Of a DNA stretch of 64,000 bases, positions 48,714 through 62,013 are shown piece by piece. The notes beneath the pieces are model-generated. The model had not been told where the DNA came from. It saw only the letters and a program-made list of their open reading frames with translations, and did no database searches. The stretch is from assembly GCF_964188315.1 (NCBI RefSeq), contig NC_135662.1:24242001-24306000 (forward strand). Direction: 5' to 3'. Source of the stretch: Podarcis muralis (lineage: Eukaryota). The position numbers were made by a program, and so were the translations under genes. The stretch's first letter is position 1. The number at the start of each line of letters is the position of its first letter.

Positions 48714-48836
48714 TGAAGCATTTCTTTCCATCTTCCTCAAGTTCATAACCATCATAACACTGGCAAACATAGGATCCGGGTGTATTCACGCATATCTGTT
48801 CGCAATCATGCTTTTCGACTTCGCATAGGTCCTGGG
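48714..48836 (-). CDS. MATN2: MATN2 EGF exon 2 ([40 protein letters not shown]); missed by the ORF track
   Basis: 123 nt, six Cys, CAG / GTATGT; similar to human EGF2 QDLC... Confidence 0.94.
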
Positions 48837-49344
48837 CTGCAAAATATAAAAATTACACCACAATCTTAAAAAGAACTGGGATTGCAGCCTGTGCCATCTT
48901 CAGTTCTACCTTTTCTTTTTGTCTAGGTCCTGCAATCTTTCATATCATATAGTGTCTGCATGCAGAGAGGACAGTAATATTAGAGATGTTTGTGAACATA
49001 TAGATATGCTTTGTTACCTTACCCAAAATTATCTCTTGGATGCAGAACTAATCTACAGGAACAGCAAATGTTACAATCAGATCATCAGCTGGCTTAAAAC
49101 CAAGCACTTTGGCTAAAATTGTATCAGAACCTTCCATTACCACATGGACAGAAATGGGAGAACTTCTGGAAGATTTACTTGAAATGAGATTGAATAGCAC
49201 TGAATTGCAAACCTATGCAGATTTCCTGATAATTAGTCCACAACATATGGAGGGCTCCACAATGGCTACCACCAGTCTATGCCATAATAAATGCTGTGTT
49301 GCAAGACTCTGCTGTTGCTTTTGTTGCAGAAGACTAACACAGCT

Positions 49345-49703
49345 GGACGCGGGTGGCGCTGTGGGTAAAACCTCAGCGCCTAGGACTTGCCGATCGCATG
49401 GTCGGCGGTTCGAATCCCCGCGGCGGGGTGCGCTCCCGTCGTTCGGTCCCAGGGCCTGCCAACCTAGCAGTTCGAAAGCACCCCCGGGTGCAAGTAGATA
49501 AATAGGGACCGCTTACCAGCGGGAAGGTAAATGGCATTCCGTGTGCTGCGCTGGCTCGCCAGATGCAGCTTTGTCACGCTGGCCACGTGACCCAGAAATG
49601 TCTGCGGACAGCGCTGGCTCCCGGCCTATAGAGTGAGATGAGCGCACAACCCTAGAGTCTGGCAAGACTGGCCCGTACGGGCAGGGGTACCTTTACCTTT
49701 TAC
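49345..49703 (+). mobile_element. Sauria SINE, different subfamily
   Basis: 11-bp TSD ctaacacagct; 3' half diverges from the other copies. Confidence 0.9.
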
Positions 49704-49763
49704 CTAACACAGCTACCTCTCTCAGTTTGTGCAGAGTGAAACGGGGGTCAACAAAGTGTGACC

Positions 49764-50381
49764 TGTGGGATGGGTTTTAATAGGTAAGAGAAGATATACT
49801 AATTGCAGTTCATTTCTCTAGGCTCCCACATGTGTGGGTTGAACAGAGTTTCAAAATCCCAACCTCGGCAGCAAAACCAGGAGCATAGGAATTAGGCTGC
49901 AAAGCCTCCTTTTGAGCAAATCCAGCTAACAAAGTAAGCTCGCTTCCCCCTTCTTACCCCGCTTAACAAAGAATCAGGCAACAGCTTGTAAGGTAAGTAA
50001 AAAATATATATATAATTTACTTATAATATTGCACTGATTCACAGAAGTGGCAGCAGTAAAAACTATGCAGGCAAAATACTTAGTATATTTACAATATAAC
50101 CAGCTTCAGCCATGTGCCTAAAAGCTGCAGCAAGCAGAGGCATATCTGCATCCAACACTAGTCAAAGGAACAGAGAGAGGAACAGGAAGTACTATACGCT
50201 CCTTCCTCTCTAGGAGAGGACGGGAAATGAGGTCACACACAGCCCTCTCTACCAATTGTATGGTCTGAGTATCTGCCTATCAGCAGATACTCTGTGGACA
50301 GATAGCTCTGTGGACTTAGGCCCTTCTCATGCTAACTAGCAAGAATATGCATTTGTTAGGTTTGGCTGGTAATCTCCTACA
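49764..50381. mobile_element. Probable solo LTR, 618 bp
   Basis: TGTGGGA...CTCCTACA termini; imperfect 5-bp TSD TGACC/TGAAC. Confidence 0.5.
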
Positions 50382-51776
50382 TGAACTATGCTCTGTGTGA
50401 GTTGAGTGGGTGCCTTAAAACATGTCTCTATCTTCTGCAATGCAGAGGGGTCCCATCCCAAAGCCAATATATAGCCAACCAGCAGATTTGGTAGCAGTAT
50501 AAATATGCTTTTAGTTTAAAATTCTGAAATATCTTTTAAGCTAGAAAGATCTCCCTCAAGAAATAGGGTTCAAGCAATTAAAAAAGAAAATACTTTGCAG
50601 TATTGCTTTTTAAAAACCAGTATCAGGTCACTAATTGCCTAGAAACTAAATATCCACAATCAGTATTACTTAAGTGATTTAAAGTCACCCTTGCTTATTC
50701 AGATTGTTTTTCCTACCTCCAGAATTTATGACCAGGGAGATTTGGATGTATTTAAAGATAAATGTGAGAAAGAGATTAAAATAAGCAAGTCACGTTTAAC
50801 ACAAGCCCATGATATATAAACAACTTCATAAAAAAACAAAACATTCTAAAACAAAGTGTCAAAACTGATATGTGATACTGATACTTTAAAAACCTAGACA
50901 TAATTCTGAAAATATAGATTAAATATTTGGTAAAAGAAGCAACTGTTTACTTATACAATCTGTGCTCATTGTGACAAATACATGCATGCTTTCCCAGAGA
51001 ATGGCATGCTTACTTTTTCCCCAGTCAAGACTTGCTACAAACTGGATACGCTATACCTAGTCTCTTCAAAGTTCCCTCTATGCCTGACACATTTTGTTTC
51101 CTCTCAAAAAGGAAATCTTAATTGCCCAAATGTGAGAATAAACAAAACATTATTTAAATGGTGCAACTATTTAGAAACCAACAACACAAACAAAAGAAGG
51201 GTAGTATAACTAAGGATAGCCATGTTAGTCTGTTGCAGAAAAAAACCCCAATGGGGCTGTTGGGGCTGCATCACTGCTGCTTACCAGGACACAAACACAC
51301 CAGCAGAGCCAGTCTGATGCCTTCCCTGGTGTGCCTGAGCCAGTCCAACTTCACTGCCATCCTTTTTCAGCCGCTGTCCTTGTAAGCAGCAAAAAAACCC
51401 AATGCCAAGAGGCTGGTTTCCATGGCAGTGACCCCACTGACTGCTCCTGATCTTGACACTAAAAATAAATGGAACTCTCATCTGTTTGATGAACCAATTC
51501 TGTTTAGCAAGCAGAATGGTTTCAATTGATTTTAAGAAGCCTTCCAAAATCCTCCCCCCCCCCCTTTCAAATTCTCTTTAAAATAGGAAGGGATAAGTTG
51601 TTGCAGGCTGCTCTGTGTGGGGAATTCCAGACTTGTGATATCAATCAAGTACCTTTGATTCAGTCTCTAATTCAGTCTCTAACTTCGGGCTTTTCTTGCT
51701 ACAGGCAACCACACTCAACATCTGGATATTGTGTGTAGGGAAGCCATCTAACACAGGGGCACATTTCCTGTACGCA

Positions 51777-51950
51777 TTATTGGTATGAGCTTTTGTGTGC
51801 ACGCACACTTCTTCAGATACATCTGAAGACAATATTTGAAGAAGTGTGAAGATATCTGAAGAAGTGTGCGTGCACACAAAAGCTCATACCAATAACAAAC
51901 TTAGTTGGTCTCTAAGGTGCTACTGGAAGGAATTTTTTTTTATTTTGTTT
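51777..51950. mobile_element. Penelope-type terminal fragment with an inverted duplication; two mutated hammerhead ribozyme motifs
   Basis: Perfect 43-bp inverted repeat 51777-51819 / 51853-51895; CTGAAGA-stem II (GTGTGC/GCACAC)-AAAAGCTC; tail ttagttggtctctaaggtgctactgg. Confidence 0.75.
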
Positions 51951-53049
51951 GTCCTAAATCAGTACTTTATAAGAGAAGGCAATAAGCTGTATGTCATAAA
52001 CTGGTGGTGTAGGGGCACCTTCTATTTAATTATGCCCATGCTATTTGTAATTTTTATCACTTTGCTGTACATAACGTGAACTAAGTTATCATAGGAAGGC
52101 AGGCCACTTAGAATTCAAAAAAAGCCATGTGCTACTATATAATGTAGATTTTGAGACCCAAGTGGAGGAAAAACATAATGATTTGCCTCTGAGGGAAATC
52201 TTCACTGTGAAGAAGTCTATAAAGCATCTGGTGCCACAATGCCACGTTGATCTTCTGGACAAGATTACTGCAGCTAATTATTTTTTCAACATGTTACAGG
52301 GTGACATAAACAGGAGAGAAGTCCTAGTCTAAGACTCCTGATCTTAGATAAAACATTTATATTTTAAATGTATTCTACACTATAGCAAGCAATAACCATG
52401 ACAAGATCTGAGACTAGATATCACGCACTGTTTTGGCAAGGAAAGTGAAGAAATCTTTGGCAAAGAGGAAAAAGAAAATGTGAGATAAAATGGAAATACA
52501 AAGTGTTTTTAAAAAGTTTTCCTACTATTAAAATTATGGGAGAATTGAAAGGGGAAAGACATAGGCAAGAGGTACAGATACTACCAACTATATAGCAATG
52601 TTGGTGTTCCTATCGGCAGAACCACAAAAAACATGGATCTGTTGCTGAAAATGTTAGCAATTCCCCCCTCAAAGATGTTTCCCCATTATGCATAGTGCAT
52701 AATATCCTGGGTGCTGTTATGCTGAGAATTGTCCAGTTCCCACCAGAAGCAGCTAATGATATGCAGCAAAGGAAAGTACAGCCTTACATTTACATCAGAA
52801 ACTGCACTATGTTGTACTAGAAAAACTTAACATGTAGCTTTCTTAGAATATGTTTATACACACACCAAAAAAACCATTCCACCATTTTACCTTATAAAAA
52901 AAAGTTATCAGGACTGGATATATTGATTTTCCAAGGAAGTAATGTCAAATGTTTTCAGGCACTTGAGACCACAACAGCTTTGCAATTTTACACCAAAGAC
53001 TGTATTTATGAGTTGGTAAGATATAAGAGAGATACAATAGAAAACTCAC

Positions 53050-53172
53050 TATTGCAAGTCCTCTGGTCTGAGTTCAGAATATACCCTTGTTTGCATTTAC
53101 ATACATAAGATCCAGGAGTGTTGATGCAGAAATGATCACAGCCATGTTCAGTCACACTGCACATGTGTTGGA
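53050..53172 (-). CDS. MATN2: MATN2 EGF exon 1 ([40 protein letters not shown]); missed by the ORF track
   Basis: 123 nt; close to human EGF1. Confidence 0.95.
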
Positions 53173-53856
53173 CTGAAAAATAGAAAGGTAATTAAACAAA
53201 ACTACTTCTGCTAAAGACTTAATATACAAAATGACTAGGTAAGAGGTGTAAAAACCTAGATAAGAGGTTTTTCTTTCAACGGACAAAGAGAACATCCATA
53301 TTAAAGGAATGAAATGAGCACCAAAATAGTCTTTCCTGCTCAAAATGGTTTGTAACCATCCACAGTTTTCCATTCTGTCTGAACATGGGAAACTCTTTGT
53401 ACAAACCATAGTTAATTAACAAACCAGGATATTAAACTATTGTTTGATTCTGGCATGTACAGGTGAATGACCTATGGCAGCTTACCCTATTCAGAGAAAA
53501 CAGGAAGATGCAATTAATTACCAACTGCAATCAGAAGTTTTACATTTCCTCCCTTCGCATGCGAAGAAAGAAAGGGAAAGTGTGTGAGTCCAAGGTTCAC
53601 TGTGGCTCATGCACATAATGGAAAACTGTTTTTTTTTTGTTGTTGTTGTTGCATCTCAACACAGTCTTAAATAATTATTTGTGGTGCTTCTCAAAAAACC
53701 TGTCTATTCATCAAACACACTGCAATTTGTCTTTCATGATAAGGAGCCCATGGTTCTGGCATGCACCTGTTTCTTTTAAAAACAAGAGGGAGGGAGGGAG
53801 GCACCTTTAAAAGACTTTTCAACAAAACTTTCAAAATCTGCGTTTAAGAGCCTTAC

Positions 53857-54426
53857 CACAAAGTTTAGTCTGGAACACAGAAGTCAGCGTTTCAATCTGG
53901 CTAAAATTTGCAACCAAAAACACATGGTCTTCATAAGGTTCACTCCCAATGGACTTGAGGGTATTCATATCTACTTTTCCCACGCCAATAGCAAAAATCA
54001 GAATTCCCGAATTCCTGGCTTTTGCGGCAACATCTGCGACAGGATCCTGAGGCCTCCCATCTGTCACTATCATGATCACTCTAGGCACATTCTGTCGGAG
54101 TGGCCGAGCCCCTTCAGATTCTGAAAATGCGATGTTCACTGCATACTGAATGGCTAATCCCGTCATGGTACCTGTAGCCAGGTACAACATTCTTTTCACT
54201 GCTCTCTCCACATCCTGTTTCCTCCTAAAGGTCTTCAGGGAAAATTCCTGTTTGACCGTGCTGGCGTATTGAATGAGTCCCACTCTAGTGGCATCCGGGC
54301 CAATGTCCAAAAACTGCAAGATGGTTAAGATGAATTCTTTCACTTTCTCAAAGTCATAAGGGCGAACACTGCGAGAACTGTCGATGATGAACACAAGGTC
54401 CAGCCGTTTGTTATTGCAAAAGTTTT
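53857..54426 (-). CDS. MATN2: MATN2 vWA1 exon ([19 protein letters not shown]...QTKLC)
   Basis: 570 nt; MIDAS DSSRS, GTMTG and TDG motifs; AG/GT. Confidence 0.98.
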
Positions 54427-54581
54427 CTGAAAAAGGAGGGGGGAAAGCAGATATATAAAACAAACAATTCCCCGAAGTGAGTATGATGGGTCAGGTAGAG
54501 TGCTTATAATTTGAATTAAGAACTAGGAAGCAAATGAAATTTAATTTACAACCCATAGACACTCAATCTACTAATATTTTT

Positions 54582-54789
54582 AGTGTTCTGGTTAGAGTGC
54601 TGGACTAGGACCTGGGAGACCGATGTTCAAATCCCCACTTGGTCATGAAGCTCAGTGGATGACCTTGCTACAGTCACCATCTTTCAGCCTTGCCTACCTC
54701 ACAGGGTTGTTGTAAGGCTGGAAGGGGAGGGGCGAGTAACATATATACCAGTCTCACCTCTTTGGAGGAAAGGTGGAGTATAAACATGC
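54582..54789 (+). mobile_element. tRNA-derived squamate SINE (Squam3-like)
   Basis: ggttagagtgctggactaggacctgggagacc..gttcaaatcccc head; cctacctcacagggttgttg body. Confidence 0.7.
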
Positions 54790-54791
54790 TA

Positions 54792-55031
54792 CAGTCAAAC
54801 CTTGGTAGTTGAATGTAATCCATTCCGGAAGCCCAATCGGCTTCTGAAATGTTCAACAACTGAGGCGCGGCTTCCGATTGGTTGCAGGAGCTTCCTGCAC
54901 CCAAGTGGAAGCTGCATCGGACGTTCGGCTTTCGAAAAACATTCAAAAACCAGAACATTTACTTCTGTATTTTTGGCGTTCAGGAGCCGAAATGTTCCAA
55001 AACGGAGGCGTTCGGATCCGAGGTTTGACTG
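54792..55031. mobile_element. Tigger-derived MITE, family A variant (240 bp)
   Basis: TA TSDs; TIR CAGTCAAACC / GGTTTGACTG; shared family A core. Confidence 0.85.
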
Positions 55032-57198
55032 TACTAATAATACTAAAACAAGAATTGTGAATTGGCATAAAAGATGTAGGCAACAACCAAATTTTAGCTA
55101 GTGGTAAGCACCTAACATTATGGGCTCCTATCCCGAGTCTACATATTCTATAGTCACTGAAGCAACATTCCATCTTGGGGAGATACAAAATCAAAATACG
55201 TTTTTTTTGGGGGGGTTGTACTGTTGTCTATTGTTGCCTGCTTAAGCAAATAGTTCAAGGATAAACACTGAAAACATGTTTCTGCAATGTATTAAGGGAA
55301 ATGGCCATATTTCCCTCTGGTTCATTTGGTCTTTTGTCAGCAACAAGAAACATTTGTGGGCACAGAACAACAACGTTATTTGTGGTCTATGAAGTAACTA
55401 TGTTTTATTCATTTGGGGGCTACAGTCAAGGTTTCTTCAGAAAGTCATAGAAAGGTTGCTAACGCATTCAGAACCAAAGGTTGCTGAACATCCTCCAAAA
55501 TGAGCAAAAATGGCATTCCAGTTCTAATGAGATGCAGAAATGCTGGCGTATTTATTAGTTTTCCACATTATTACCTCACTCTTGTATGCAGTTATTTCTC
55601 TCTCTTTTTTCTAGCGTAGAAGAAAACACTAATAATTATGGTATAATAATTGTACATGGATAACACGCGAGGGATATTTGCAGGAATGAAGTCAGAAAGA
55701 AAGAAATTAAAATAGAGTTGGAAGGGCTGAACTTAAGTTTGGTCACCACTGGAGACCAAACTAGGAAGTCTGGACCTCAATCTGAGGAGTTGGATCCAGT
55801 TCATTGTTTCTCTTCCAATTATGCCGTAAGCTGGAATTATCTGTGTTGATTCAAATGTAGTTGAAAAAAGTCGGGGAGGGGGGGGAATCACACTCGAAAG
55901 ATGCTTATCATTTCAAGTAAAAAAATTAAGTGTTCTATTTTCAGTGTAACTTTTCAGACTCAAGTATATGAAGGAATGGAGCCAAAAAGCCAACACAGTC
56001 TTCTCCATGGGCCCTGTCAGTTGTCACAGGGCTCTTACTTGAATGCCATGTGTAGGTTCCTCCTTCCCAGGACATTGTTTTGGCACCAGTTTTAGAAGTA
56101 GTGTTGCAGTTTTGGAATACTAATAGTCAGAGGGCAAGTGTTAGTAACTAAAGCTGTGGATTTTGCATATGTTCCATAATTAACTAATCAGAAATAAGAA
56201 GAAATTGGGTCAACGCAGCACTCTAGCAAAGGCAAATTTTGGAATCTTTGCAAACATCACATGGAAATGAAAAGTTCTGGCTTTGTTTAACCATGCCCAC
56301 AATTCTGGCTCTGATTTACAATTAATGTAATCCAAAAAGGAAAGGACAGGATAGGATATATACCCCTCATGGAACTTTCTGACGCAATTCTAACAATAGA
56401 TAACCATACTAAGCAGCAAGGATTAAAACAAGAACTGTGAACGTACAACTTTAATTTTTGTGATTTTGATCCCTAACCTCTTATTTGGAATCCAGTGTTT
56501 ATGACACATTCATAAGCAATGGAAATATAAAATGTGCATTAGGTCATCTAGTTGAGCTTCAAGCAAAATAGATTTACTGTACTAGTTTATTCCAGGCACT
56601 TCAAGCAATAGGGTATAATTCATATAATTGATGCTATTAATACCAACAATTTCCCCAACATGTACGTGCCATTTTAAGTGTCGAACTAGACATTTATGAA
56701 TGTAATCATCAACCCACCAGGCCTTTTTAAGCAGTAAAAGCTACTTCCAGAAAGGAACAGGCACTAGAGAGGCAGTGAAGAGAAGGGAGTGCTTGACTAT
56801 TTTCTTGCTCACTGTTTCTTGCTGCAAATTACTCCAGAGAAGCTATCTCTCTGCCCTCCCCCCCCATAAAATCATGGCAGTTTTGTAATCTTATAAAGGA
56901 AACAGCAGGCAAGGAAAAGGTTATGCAAGCCTCTCTCTGCCACTTCACCAGGTTCTTTGGTCCATCCAGAAGGAGTGTTGCCTGTTTAAAAAGACCACTC
57001 ATCATAATGGTATATACATCTTCCCAAACTGTTCTACTTCTCCCCATCCCTATCCTATTTCTAGTGTTGTGGCTTCCATAATAATCATCCCCTCCAAAAG
57101 AGCAGAGCAGCGCAGTCCCCACTGCTTACAATCTACAAGCGTTAGGAAGTCCTAAACTGTATGCAGGTGTTGTTTGATATTGCCAACTTGCAACTCAC

Positions 57199-57313
57199 CA
57201 AGTAAAGAAACATCATTTCTTTGACTTAAAAGTGTCCCTGGAAAGTGTCTCTCTCTGGCCAAGGCAGGGAAAAGTCCAACCAGCAAAAGGAAGCATGAGA
57301 TCATTTTCTTCAT
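57199..57313 (-). CDS. MATN2: MATN2 first coding exon, signal peptide (MKKMISCFLLLVGLFPALARERHFPGTLLSQRNDVSLL); exon spans 57199-57363
   Basis: Hydrophobic leader similar to human MEKMLAGCFLLILG..ARER; donor G|GTGAGT; acceptor tttcctcttgtcacag at 57364-57366. Confidence 0.9.
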
Positions 57314-57549
57314 TTTTCAGAAAGAACAAAGAATGGAGCAAGATGGATAATCAGGGCACTTCACTGTGACAAGAGGAAATGAGATTAAGTTTTATTGTCA
57401 GGCAATCACTGCCAGAACCTTTCTTTTAATGCTGCTTCTTTCTGAATATACATGCAACAATTATTATTGTTATTGTTAATATATTTACTTATATCCCACC
57501 CTTTCCCCAATCCAGGACTCAAGGCAGCTTATACAGATAAAATAAAAAT

Positions 57550-57665
57550 AGGTTGGCAGGAACTGGGACCAAACAACAGGAGCTCACCCCGTTACGGGGA
57601 TTCGAACCACAGTCCTTCTGATCGGCAAGCCCTAGGCTTAGTGGTTTAGACCACAGCACCACCCA
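57550..57665 (-). mobile_element. Truncated Sauria SINE (5' part)
   Basis: ggattcgaacc B-box region and head only. Confidence 0.75.
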
Positions 57666-58371
57666 TTTTATCTATATAGATAAAATAGAAAAAGCTAAAA
57701 AACATAGACAATGCCATCATTAACAATCCTATATAAAAAGATGAACAACATTTGTAAAAGACTTTAGATGGTGCTGTAAAACATCTTCCAGTGATTTGAT
57801 TCATTTGTATTCTGCCCTTCTTCCAAGGATGTTCACTCCTCAAAACAATCATGTGTGGGGCAGGCTACACAGAAGAGGTTGATTCACATATTGCAACAGG
57901 AAGCATACATAGAGCAAAGATTTTGCACCTGGATCTCCTAGGGTGAAGCCTAACACTTCACACCACAACAGGTGTTTCTGTGCCACACTAACTTGCTTAC
58001 TTGCTGTGATTTGAGATTATGAATTCCGTGCATATATTTTCACTTCTTTTTGTACTGTGATATGGGCAGTTTAAGGCTGCAATTCTGCACAACACTTACT
58101 TGCGGTGGGGATAAAATGGGAAAGGGGGGGAACTGTGTCTGCCATCTTGAGCTCGTAGAGGAAAAGTGGGTTAACAATGTAATAATAAATAAATAAGTAA
58201 TCCATCGAATTCAATGGGGTTTAGTTCTGAGTAAACATTCCTAGGGCTTTAGCATTGGAGAAAGGCAAGATGTTAAGTTTTTCAACATATAAATGCAAAT
58301 GTAAAACAAAGAAAAGGCCACATATTTACAAACACTCACAATATTATGCAGCCCAGTGGGTTAGCATACAG

Positions 58372-58698
58372 TAAAGGTAAAGGGACCCCTGACCATTAGG
58401 TCCAGTCGTGACCGACTCTCGCTTTATTGGCCGAGGGAGCCGGAGTACAGCTTCCGGGTCATGTGGCCAGCATGACTAAGCTGCTTCTGGCAAACCAGAG
58501 CAGCGCATGGAAACGCTGTTTACCTTCCCACCGGAGCGGTACCTATTTATCTACTTGCACTTTGACATGCTTTTGAACTGCTAGGTTGGCAGGAGCAGGG
58601 ACCGAGGAATGGGAGCTCACACCGTCGCAGGGATTTGAACCGCCGACCTTCTGATCGGCAAGTCCTAGGCTCTGTGGTTTAACCCACAGTGCCACCCG
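58372..58698 (-). mobile_element. Sauria SINE
   Basis: taaaggtaaagggacccctgaccattagg...cacagtgccaccc. Confidence 0.9.
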
Positions 58699-61435
58699 TA
58701 GCTTATTTATTTACTCAGATTTAGTTTGGGTTAAGCACTCCCTTCCCCTCTGTTCCTTCCCTCCTTCAAAGCACCCCTTTCTTTTTCAAAGAAGATGCCA
58801 TCTGGGCTCTCTTACACGTGGCTCGCAGTATCATTTGCTCCAGAGGGTACAGTCCAAATGGACGACACCCAATTAAACCAGGCAATACCCATTTAAAAAT
58901 ACACATAAAGTATCCAAATTAAAATAGCATTAAATCAGCTAAAGCTCAACAGTACTTAAAAACCTTAGGCACATTCTACTGAGGAAAAAAAATTATTACT
59001 TCATTACTGTGTTCCATTAAAAGACAAATGGATGCAAGAAAACTCTGTCATTGTCATTGTCATTGTTGGCATCTGCCTGTCTCAACAATGGAAGCGTGCG
59101 CCAATGGAAGAGTGTGCTATTGGGGCTAAAGTCAAACCATTGGAGAATTTCAGCGCCAGCTGTGGCTGAAGAGATCAAATAGGAGAGACATCTTCTATTG
59201 CAGTTGGGCCAGACAAAGGCATCCATATCGCTGTTACAGATGCACCATGGCGTTTCTTCTATCAGCACTCGTTTCTTCTCTGATCACTGCTGTGGATTTA
59301 AAGCATACTCAACTCCTCCCAAATAATCCCGGGAACTGTAGTTTGTTGAGGGCACTGGGAGATGTAGGGGTAAACTGCAGTTCCCAATACCCTTTGATGG
59401 AAGTAACATGCTTCAAATGTGCTTCAGTTGTATGGTGTGTAGACAGTGTCAGTCTCTAGGGACATAGAGCAATCCTAATTCCAGTTTGGGTGGAAGATGA
59501 AGGGGCAGGCAAAGCCCTGTTCTCTGATACAGCAGCCTGGAGCTGGCAGTGAATCAGGTCCAAAGCCATCAAGTGATGGCAGTGGGCCAGCCTTGGAGCC
59601 AGTGGATCCCGGACTGGCTCACCCCTCCCTGTTACTGTTTTGAGTCTTTCTGTGGGCTGCTGCCAGTGGGAATCCCACTGGCTGTGTCTCCGACCACCTG
59701 CACTTTTGCCAGGCGAAATGGGGATCTCCATGCGAGAGGGAGGCCAATGAAGCTGTTTTGGACTGGGCCAAAGAAGATCTCCAACCCATCCAAGACCCAC
59801 CCACCTTCAGTGCAAGAGTTGGGGGTTTGGATCTCTGTCTTATTTGCTTATTATATTTATATCCTAGCTTTATTTATTATGGAACTCAAGGTGGCATACC
59901 TAGGGTTTCCAAGAAGGCTCCAGTCTAGGCAATAACTAGGCCCAGACCTGCTTAGCTGCAGTAATTTTGCTGCATCACATGTCTTCATACTATGCTCCAG
60001 TGTCAAGGAACAAAATAAGAAAAAAGGGAGTTGTGTTACTGTTTACTTGGGATATTTTGGGCACTGTCCAATAGGTGCTCATGAGAACACATGCAGATGT
60101 AGTCCACAAAGCACTTACAGTTATGCTACTGTAACGGGAATTTCAGTTCCTTAGAGAAACATTTGGAATATTGGTACAAAAAGGGTTGGGATACAATTGT
60201 GATTGAAACATTGACAAATAACATAAAATTGGCTCGGTTGTCAAAAAAAGAATAATGGTTTTGGATCACAGTGGTTTGATATTTGTAATGTACGTAAATA
60301 AGCAAGCAGTAATGTAATGCCGCCGTCTTAGGATGATACTTTGTGGAACTTATTTTTTTATTTTTACTGTAGTAACATTAAGAATAATAGCAACATTTAT
60401 TTGAAGAAAGATGTTTGGCTCCCCTACAGCAATCAAGTGATGGGATCTCTTTTTCTTCCTTAAAATACCTGGAAAAGTTCTCATTCACTGCTGCAACATT
60501 TCTTGTCAGTAGTCAATCCATACTGAGAAAGCTAAAAGTTATGCTCTATTATCTTAAATTGCATATGGAGCCACTGGGATCTCTGCAGCTAACATTTTCT
60601 AGTTTAATAAAGGCAACTATGAAGAAGCATATAGTGATATTTGAAACAGTAATCCCATGGTTTGGTCAGCTTTGCATAATTTCCACTGGATGTGGGGAAG
60701 CAAGATTTACTGAGGAAGATTTTTGTAATGATGTTGGTCTCCTAGTTGAGTTATGTTCAACTGCTCTACAGACAAAGTATCTTTTCATCAAATTGATTCT
60801 TTGGGGACAGCTCATTTGATCTCTTTGAATTGAATCTGTCATATTTTCCACAAAATACTTAAGATTAATAGTTCCATGGAGTTGGCAGAGTTAGGTTATG
60901 TGTTTTATGTGGTGGAACAGATTTGATTTCTTAAGATTCAGAACTTATGGGACTGAGATTCCAGTGTTGTATTGACCACAAGTCATCAGCACTGAAACTC
61001 ATATAGATAAATTTTTCAAAGTGCTTCCATGTGAAAATGTACACGGAGCATGTATTCTACCAGCAGATGTATGTATGCACATCTTCTTTGATTTTTGTTT
61101 TGTACTGCTCATGTTTAAAGATTTGAAAAAGCTGCGTGGATACCTAGTTCCCAATGCAACATTTCCACATTAAGAGGTCCAGCAGTGACTTTGGAAATGG
61201 CAAATCATATACAGTACATACAAGAAATTTAGCTTTCTTTGCTCCATGTTACTTTCATTTGTCCTTCCTCCGTTCATGCCCTTGCACTAATTAAGCTATT
61301 ATTTAGCCACTAGATATTGTGGGAAAAGGTTGACTGCCTGTTGTTGAGAAAAGGGGGGGGGGGCAAGATGTATATAATTGCATTTAAAAGAGAGCAGGTG
61401 GGGTTAGAAAAGGAAAAATGCAATTTGCTGAAATA

Positions 61436-61436
61436 A

Positions 61437-61503
<67 letters not shown>

Positions 61504-61600
61504 TTATTTATACCCCACCCATCTGGCTGAGTTTCCCCAGCCACTCTGGGCAGCTCCCAATCAAGTGTTAAAAACAATACAAATATTAAAAAACTTCCCT
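61436..61600 (-). mobile_element. L2 3' UTR with compound (TAG)n(TAA)n tail
   Basis: Same 3' UTR sequence as the 19555 copy. Confidence 0.7.
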
Positions 61601-61612
61601 CAAAGGTCTACC

Positions 61613-61785
61613 ATGTGGTTAGAGTGTTGGACAAGGACCTGGGAGAAGAGGGTTCGAATCCCCACTCAGCCCTTACCATCTCTTCAGCCCAACCTACCTC
61701 ACAAGGTTGTTGTGAGGATGAAAAGGGCAGGAAGAGAACCATGTGCACCACCTTGAGAGAAAAGTGATATATAAATAAAATAAAT
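61613..61785 (+). mobile_element. tRNA-derived squamate SINE (Squam3-like)
   Basis: ggttagagtgttggac..ggttcgaatcccc..cctacctcacaaggttgttgtgagg. Confidence 0.65.
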
Positions 61786-62013
61786 ACATCAATAAGTGGG
61801 CGCTCCCTTAAAATACTTCCCGCTCCCCTCCCCATGGTCCCTTTGCTTTCCGACACAGATAAGTATTAGGATTCTGTGAAAGCCTTGCTCCCCTACTAAT
61901 GCTGATTCTATTGCATTCTCCTAAAGCAGTTCCACACCCCACACCCCCCGCCATTGACGCCTGAGGTCCGGCGCCAAAAGTAAAGGCAGCCCTCCTCAGG
62001 CGACGCCTCTTAC

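Noticed and set aside
51285-51458. 174-nt segment with AG/GT flanks in a MATN2 intron
   Set aside because: Stop codon in the MATN2 frame, no EGF pattern and no supporting context; probably chance sites
60415-60819. 134-aa plus-strand ORF in MATN2 intron 1
   Set aside because: No recognisable protein, viral or transposon motif; starts at a non-ATG codon
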